Source: Ginkgo biloba (Eukaryota > Plantae > Ginkgophyta). Taken from it: a stretch of 15,633 bases of DNA. The stretch lies in contig JANKJI020000002.1 in NCBI GenBank assembly GCA_024626585.2, positions 6,717,500 through 6,733,132 of the forward strand. The letters are read 5' to 3'. The notes beneath the pieces are model-generated. The model saw only the letters and a program-made list of their open reading frames with translations, was not told the origin of the DNA and did not search any database. Every line of letters starts with the position of its first letter. The stretch's first letter is position 1. Made by a program: the position numbers and the translations under genes. Below, one piece after another: positions 9,495 through 15,633 of the stretch.

Positions 9495-10860
9495 GTTGAT
9501 AAAGAGCTTTTGGGTTTGATTTGGGGATACATTGAATCATTGACTTTGAATTCCCAAGGAGACCTTCTTTGATGATCATATAGCTTTGGTCTTGGTTGAG
9601 CTCTCCTCATATTTTCCTTGCACTTGTTTAGAGTTTCTTTCATATCATTTAAGAGATATTGAAAACTTCTACTTTTCACTACATTTTACATAATTGAATA
9701 GGTGTGACTAGATCATAGTCATACATTTCTTGGAAAGGTAGCATGTCGGTGGAAGCGTGCATGATCTTGTTGTAGGAGAATTCCACCAATGGCAATCTAT
9801 CCTCCCAACAAGATTGTGTCCACAACATGTCCTTCACATATCCTCCATGATTTGGTTCAACCTCTCGGTTTGCTTGTCTATTTGTAGATGATCTTTGTTG
9901 CTAAAATCTAATTTTGTGNNNNNNNNNNNNNNCTCCTGAAATGACTCCTAGAATAGAGTTGTGAATTTGGTATCCCTATAACTTACCATTATGTTAGGCA
10001 AACCAAAACTTGAAAATATTTCAACAATCAACAATTCGACAATGTCAAGAGCTTTAAGGGTCACTTTGCAAGGTAGAAACTGAACCATTTTACTCAAACA
10101 ATCCACTATTCTTACAACTCAATCATGTTGATGTCGATTTAGTCGAAGATGGATGATAAAGTCCATATAAATGTTTTGCAGTTGCTAACTAGGAGGGAAA
10201 CAAGCGTGCCCCTAGGATGCTCTCTGTCTACTTTGTTTGTTTGACATTCCACATAGGTGTGAATATACTCTTCTCTATATATCTTCATGTTCCTCTAATA
10301 TACACTCTTCTTTGCTACATCTAATGTTTTTTCCATCACCACATGGCTAGCATATGAACTATCATGCAATTAATTAAGGATATTATGCCTCAATTTGGTT
10401 GCCTCTAAAATGACCAAACACCTATGAAGCATTGTGCATCATCTAACATTGAGACATGCCACTAAACTCTAGTCAAGTGAGGCAACTATCACTTTACAAC
10501 AAGGATCATGCTTTTGGGCTTGGATAATTTCTTCTCTTAGAGAATTATGCAACACTAGTATGGTATTTGCCTAATAAATGTAGGATAAATAATTTATTAA
10601 CACGTTATTATTTCCTCTTCTTCTACACTACTCTTGGAGAGAATCAAACAGGAAATACCATCTATACGACCTTGAAGTCAACCATCTACCTACTGGGGAA
10701 AGTAAACCAAAGGCTTATGGTCAATAATTACCTCAAAGTTATTGTTCTTTAGGTAATATTTTTAGAGTTTGATGGTGTGAATGATGGCCAAAATCTCTTT
10801 ATCATAAATGGGTAATATTTGCTCTTGTAGATTCACCTTTTTGTTTTTGTAAGACTTGAA
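9495..10860 (-). mobile_element. pol: Element D: chromovirus-type Ty3/gypsy pol remnant (RNase H and integrase)
   Basis: RNase H: EQILPIYDKEILAIIHTIKL*KYYLKNNNFEVIIDHKPL (10700-10850). Zinc finger LHDSSYASH (10343-10366)..VECQTNK. Core: IYMDFI..IVDCLSKMVQFLPC..FGLPNIMVSYRDTKFT..QTERLNQIMEDM..WEDRLPLVEFSYN. Post-core: ENMRRAQPRPKLYDHQRRSPWEFKVND. Confidence 0.9.
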
Positions 10861-11013
10861 AAATTCTCTTGTTGTGTCTTTGTCAATTCTCTCTCGATCA
10901 AAAGGGTTTTATCATCTCCCACATCAAGGAGTACAACATGAATAAGAGAGTGAGGATTTGTTTCGATCCCTATTTTGTAGTGTGGGAAATGAAATTTCTA
11001 TATCCAATGATAA

Positions 11014-12750
11014 AGATTAAGGGTGAAACTTGTTAGGGGAGCACAAGCATATTCAATCAAGACTATCTTCCTGCAACAATCTCCAAACTTTAGCATATTC
11101 AGTCTCTCTTGGTTAGTGGAACTTGTTAGGGGAGCACAAGCATGGCAATCAAGAAGAGTCATCTAATTGAAATGTCAAACTTGGCTTGCGGGGGTTGGCT
11201 CTCTAGTTGATGGTTTTCTAACCATCATTGTTGTTAGCTTATGTGCCTTGTTGGGCATTTTGTTGTTGCTTCGAGATTAAGGGTGATTAGACATCATAGG
11301 TTACGATGACAACAAATCAATTGCACCATTTAATATGCTTTTTTGGGCCCAAGCCAATCACAATGATAGTTTCTCAATAAGTTAGGAATGATCAAAATCA
11401 ACAAATATGGGATATGAGCATGGGATTTATGCTTTTGCTTATGGTTATTCTATTGTTGGCCCAAGGCTTTGCCCTAGACACCCAGGCTTCTAATGAGAGG
11501 GAATGTGATATGTAATTACTTTTGCAACCAAGCAAACTCTAAACCTAAAGTGCCTTTGGGCATGGCCGCAATCTTCCCTTATCTCGTTTATCATCCACAT
11601 TTCGATCACATGAATAGAGAAAGACATGAAGTGAACTCTACACTACTTTATTCATTCATTTAGGGTGGATGCAAAAGGTCATTAGAGATGGTTTTCTCAC
11701 TATCATTGTTGTTATCTTACATGAAAGATCATTCCTATCTCCCAATAGGGTAGCTAGGGGACTCGAATGATGGGGCTTATTTGATCTTTCTCAATATGTG
11801 GAGCTTGTCGAGGGAGTACAAGTATGGCATTCAGGGAAGCTCTTCCAATTGGAAGGTCAAACCTAGCTTCTTGAGGTTAATTGCCTTGTCATTGTTTTTC
11901 TCACCATCATGATTGTTAACTTATGCGCATTGTTGGGTGTTTTGCTATTGCTTTGAAATCAAAGGTGATTCAAGTTCATGGGTTATAATGACAACAAATC
12001 AATCGCACTATTTGATATGCTCTTTTTTCCCCAAGCTAATCATAATGATAGCCACTTAACTTAGGAATGACCAAAATCAACAAATTTGGGATATGAGCAT
12101 GGGATTTATGCTTCTACTTATGGTTATTCCATTACTAACCTAAGGCTTTTCCCTAGATAGCCCGGATCCTAATGTAAGGGAATGTGATCTGTAATTACTT
12201 TTGCAACCGGATGAACTCTAAATAATCTTTCTACAACACGAGATAAAAATTGATGATGTACCCTTGGCTATAGCCAAAATTTTCCCGAATTCTAACTATC
12301 GTCTGCATTTTGACCATTTGAACATAGAAAGGATTGAAGTGAACTTCGCACCGCTTTGTTCATTCATTTAGGGTGTATGTGAAAGGTCATTAGAGATGGT
12401 TTTCCCACTGTCACCTTCATCATCTTATACAAGAGATCGTATTCCTATCTCCTAAAGAGTCGCTAGGGGGACCCCAATGATGGTGCTTATTCAATCTCAC
12501 TTAATAAGTGGAGCTTGGTTCCCGGGGGGGTGGGGGTTGCACAAGCATGGTGATCAGGGAGGATCTTTCTGTTGCAAGGTCAAACCCAACACACTCTAGT
12601 TGACTGTCCAGTCGAACTATCAACGTCTAATCTTGGTCCTTGTCATTGGTAAGATAGTGCATTCAACATTCCTATCTCTTAATGGGCTGTTAGGGGGACC
12701 CCAATGACAGGGCTTATTCGATCTCACTTAATAAGCAGAGTTTGGTTGGT
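11014..12750. repeat. Tandem array of a ~680-710-bp unit: two full units (11116-11797, 11798-12507) plus truncated units (11023-11115, 12508-12734, 12735-gap)
   Basis: Units start with variants of GTGGARCTTG..GGGAGCACAAGCATGG (the 12735 unit is cut by the gap). 11382-11460 vs 12061-12139 differ at 9 of 79 nt, 8 of them transitions. The unit end ATTCCTATCTC..TAGGGGGACCCCAATGA..GCTTATT recurs at ~11731, 12441 and 12668. Confidence 0.9.
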
Positions 12751-13160
12751 NNNNNNNNNNNNNNNNNNNNNNNNNNNNNNNNNNNNNNNNNNNNNNNNNN
12801 NNNNNNNNNNNNNNNNNNNNNNNNNNNNNNNNNNNNNNNNNNNNNNNNNNNNNNNNNNNNNNNNNNNNNNNNNNNNNNNNNNNNNNNNNNNNNNNNNNNN
12901 NNNNNNNNNNNNNNNNNNNNNNNNNNNNNNNNNNNNNNNNNNNNNNNNNNNNNNNNNNNNNNNNNNNNNNNNNNNNNNNNNNNNNNNNNNNNNNNNNNNN
13001 NNNNNNNNNNNNNNNNNNNNNNNNNNNNNNNNNNNNNNNNNNNNNNNNNNNNNNNNNNNNNNNNNNNNNNNNNNNNNNNNNNNNNNNNNNNNNNNNNNNN
13101 NNNNNNNNNNNNNNNNNNNNNNNNNNNNNNNNNNNNNNNNNNNNNNNNNNNNNNNNNNNN

Positions 13161-13222
13161 TTGAATGGTCAAACAAGCCTACTCAAGAGCCAACTTGGGA
13201 ATCAACATATTTTATAAGAAAA
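13161..13222 (+). pseudogene. Chromodomain fragment from the C-terminus of a chromovirus integrase
   Basis: EWSNKPTQEPTWESTYFIRK matches the xWxxxPxEEATWE chromodomain motif. It is short, with a gap on the left and no PPT/LTR recognisable on the right. Confidence 0.65.
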
Positions 13223-14599
13223 TCCTTGCTCATTGAGTCAGTAATCTCTAGAGATCACGAAAAGATCTTATAAACCCAATTTATAAAGATTAGGTTAAGT
13301 ATTACTAGTTTTGGGTAAGCAGTGTGGACTCAAAGCAACCTAGGAAGAAATTAAGAAGATCGATGAGCCCCACAGCTAACCAAAACACATCACAAGAAGA
13401 CTTAGGTTATGATAACAACTCCAATTGCCTTAGATGTTGGCTAGAGTCCAAGTATGAACTAAGGTTAAAGTAGCATTAGTTATGTATTTAAGGAGCCTCT
13501 AAGGCATCTCACAATATTGTCATCATTTATTGCATCTTGGAGTAGAACTAGCATGAAAAGAATTGAATTGGTAGAGAAGAAAGTCAACTTGAACACCAAA
13601 GCATTAAGGTTAAAACCCTAAATTGCATTCTTTATTAAATTGCCCTTATTTTTAGCATTTATTGTAGGTGTGCAAGTGCTTCCTAATTACAATCATGTGT
13701 TGGAATAGGAGAATCATACAACATTCAAATGACATTGATTGAAGGAGAATGACTTCATTTATTAAGGCCAAACTACATTTATTGCAAGGGCAGCTTAGAA
13801 CAAACTTAGTGAGTTGCAATTTTGAGGGTAACAAATGCTTTGGAAGGTGCAACCATGGCATCTACAATTTCATATGGAATTGCATAGGGTTGTATGGCCT
13901 CCATCATGATAGGCCTACCAAAGTAAATATACTTCACCATAAATGTTCTTAAATGCAATCATAACCAAAATTCAACAATTTTGAGGAGAGGTGATTGCAT
14001 TTGCAATCGTTAATGAAAATGTAGGTGTATATATGAAGGCAATACAACTTCTAGGCATATAAATACAATAGTAATGTGGTCTGAACAAGAAATAATTTAT
14101 GCAATAAATGCAGATCAAATTGGCTTGCATACTCTAAATCCTTAATTGCTTCTATTTATGCATATCTATGAAGTATGTTTAATGTTTTGCATGGCACTGT
14201 GATGTTTCCAATAGAACAAAAGTCTTAACACCTATCTATGAATTATATGTATGCATTATCATGGGAAGCCTACTAGATGTGGTATCTTTCAAGACTAGCC
14301 TTTTTTGTTGGATAGTATTAATAGACAATCGATTTCCTGAGTTGGATAAGGTAGCTCTATTGACATGTGAGGCATGTAAGGTGTAGGTAGTAGTGGAGGT
14401 ATTTTGGCATGTAAGACTTAGGTATGCGTTGCCACTGTGTAGGGCTTGTGTTGTCTGTGCACCACATAAGCTACATTTATTTGTGTGGGAACACCTTATA
14501 AATGGTAAGGGGATGGAATTCTAGAGCAATTTTATGGAGCATTTAGTGTATAATTCTCATAATGCGAGATAATGTTCCACATGTCCACCATATTGAGAA

Positions 14600-15595
14600 C
14601 GTGGATTCACGTCTACAAGGAAGGCCATGAAATTGATTGGAATGCCAAAATATTTGAAGATTTTGTTGGGTTAATTCCAAGGTCATCCATGGGAGCCTTG
14701 TTAGGGCTCTCATTGGCTACTGCTCTACTTGTCACACTCAGTTTATTGGATCTTGGAGCTTGATGCATTATTGTAGATTTTGATACAATTGATTATTAGA
14801 ATGCTTCTGTCCTCTAGCAAGGATAGGAGGGATTAGTAAAGCCTACATTGACTAGTTGTCCATTTTTACTAGGCAGCATAATGGCATTAAATCTGTGGAT
14901 TGTAGCATATCTCAAAGCATTGGTTGCTAGCACGTACAAGGTATGAGGAATAGGGATAGGGATTCTCTTGTTTGATGGACTTGAATAGACTTATCCTTTC
15001 TGGACTAGTAACATTTATGGTTAGATAAGTTGAGGCATCTACAAACAAGGTCTTAATGGTTTGTATAAAAAAATAAACTCCAAAACTAATTGAAGCAATC
15101 ACAGTATGAATTGCAAGCCATTCAATTCTATCATAAGCTTTCTCAAAATTAATCTTTATATACAAATCATCTTGATCAATCATCCTTGCAAGTTCAGTTC
15201 CTTCCCACGTTGCAATTAGGTTATCTAGGATATATTTGCCCTAAATAAAACTAGTTTGCTCAGGTCCAAACGTCTCAAACAAAGAGTTTTTTTTTTCTTT
15301 CTTTCTATCCATTGCCTTGGCTAATATCTTCGAACAGACATTCAAAGAGTAACGTAATATGAACTAGTAATAGTTTAAGGGTCAGTTGGCTTTGGGCTTG
15401 AGTCTATTGTTCCCTCGATTGATGAGGTGGCTCAGTGTGCTTACTTCAATAGTTTCTTGATACACCTTAAGAAGGTCAAGGGTAGTAAAGTCCCAAGTTG
15501 TTTTGTGAAACTCACAAGGCAAGGTCATTTACTATATCCAAGGCTAGTAAAGTATCAAGGCTAGGAGATTTTTCATCTATTATATCTTTAAGGCA
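14600..15595 (-). mobile_element. Decayed L1-clade LINE ORF2 reverse-transcriptase region
   Basis: Collinear motifs across frameshifts: EKSPSLD, PCEFHKTTWDF..DLLKVYQE..INRGN, TLLNVCSKILAKAM, EQTSFI*GKYILDNLIATWEG, KINFEKAYDRIEW, FKSIKQENP (IRQGCP), GQLVNVGFTN (decayed FADD site), ASSSKI and IFKYFGIP. Confidence 0.9.
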
Positions 15596-15633
15596 AGGTA
15601 GAATGGGTGCGCGGGGACAAGGGGACGCAAGGG

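Noticed and set aside
11504-11610. 107-bp mini-LTR or MITE bounded by TGTGAT..ATCACA
   Set aside because: The ATCACA end is not conserved in the second unit (GACCATT), there is no TSD, and no TGG PBS follows.
9495-13222. Chromodomain at 13161 as the C-terminus of element D integrase
   Set aside because: It is on the wrong strand and the wrong side. D is on the minus strand, so its chromodomain would lie left of 9495.
13230-13650. Possible LTR following the chromodomain fragment
   Set aside because: It has a TATA-like TATTTAAGG at ~13485, but no PPT, TG..CA boundary or second copy is visible.

Overview
A gappy draft-assembly window from a eukaryote, most likely a land plant: the primer-binding site matches plant tRNA-iMet, and the RT/LINE motifs resemble gymnosperm or fern elements (tentative). 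It consists almost entirely of decayed, nested retrotransposons. No intact host gene, RNA gene or CRISPR array is supported. Left to right: (E) Athila-like Ty3/gypsy RT fragment, + strand, 1-606, fused to a truncated LTR copy. (A) Chromovirus-type gypsy element, - strand, with a complete 1.1-kb TGTTA..TAACA LTR (3182-4281), PBS-Met, gag with zinc knuckle, protease start and a second partial LTR copy (604-1085). (B, C) Two diverged pol copies of one Athila-like family, - strand (4282-6362 and 6463-9394); C carries a ~42-bp tandem array downstream of its integrase. (D) Chromovirus RNaseH-integrase remnant, - strand, 9495-10860. Then a ~680-710-bp-unit tandem array (11014-12750) that may have TRIM-like LTR/PBS/PPT organisation, a chromodomain fragment (+, 13161-13222), and an L1-type LINE RT remnant (-, ~14600-15595). 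Most ORFs in the track are N-gap artefacts or antisense reads of TE sequence. I found no convincing new biological system. The best leads are the ~700-bp tandem array and the possibly gag-only element A.
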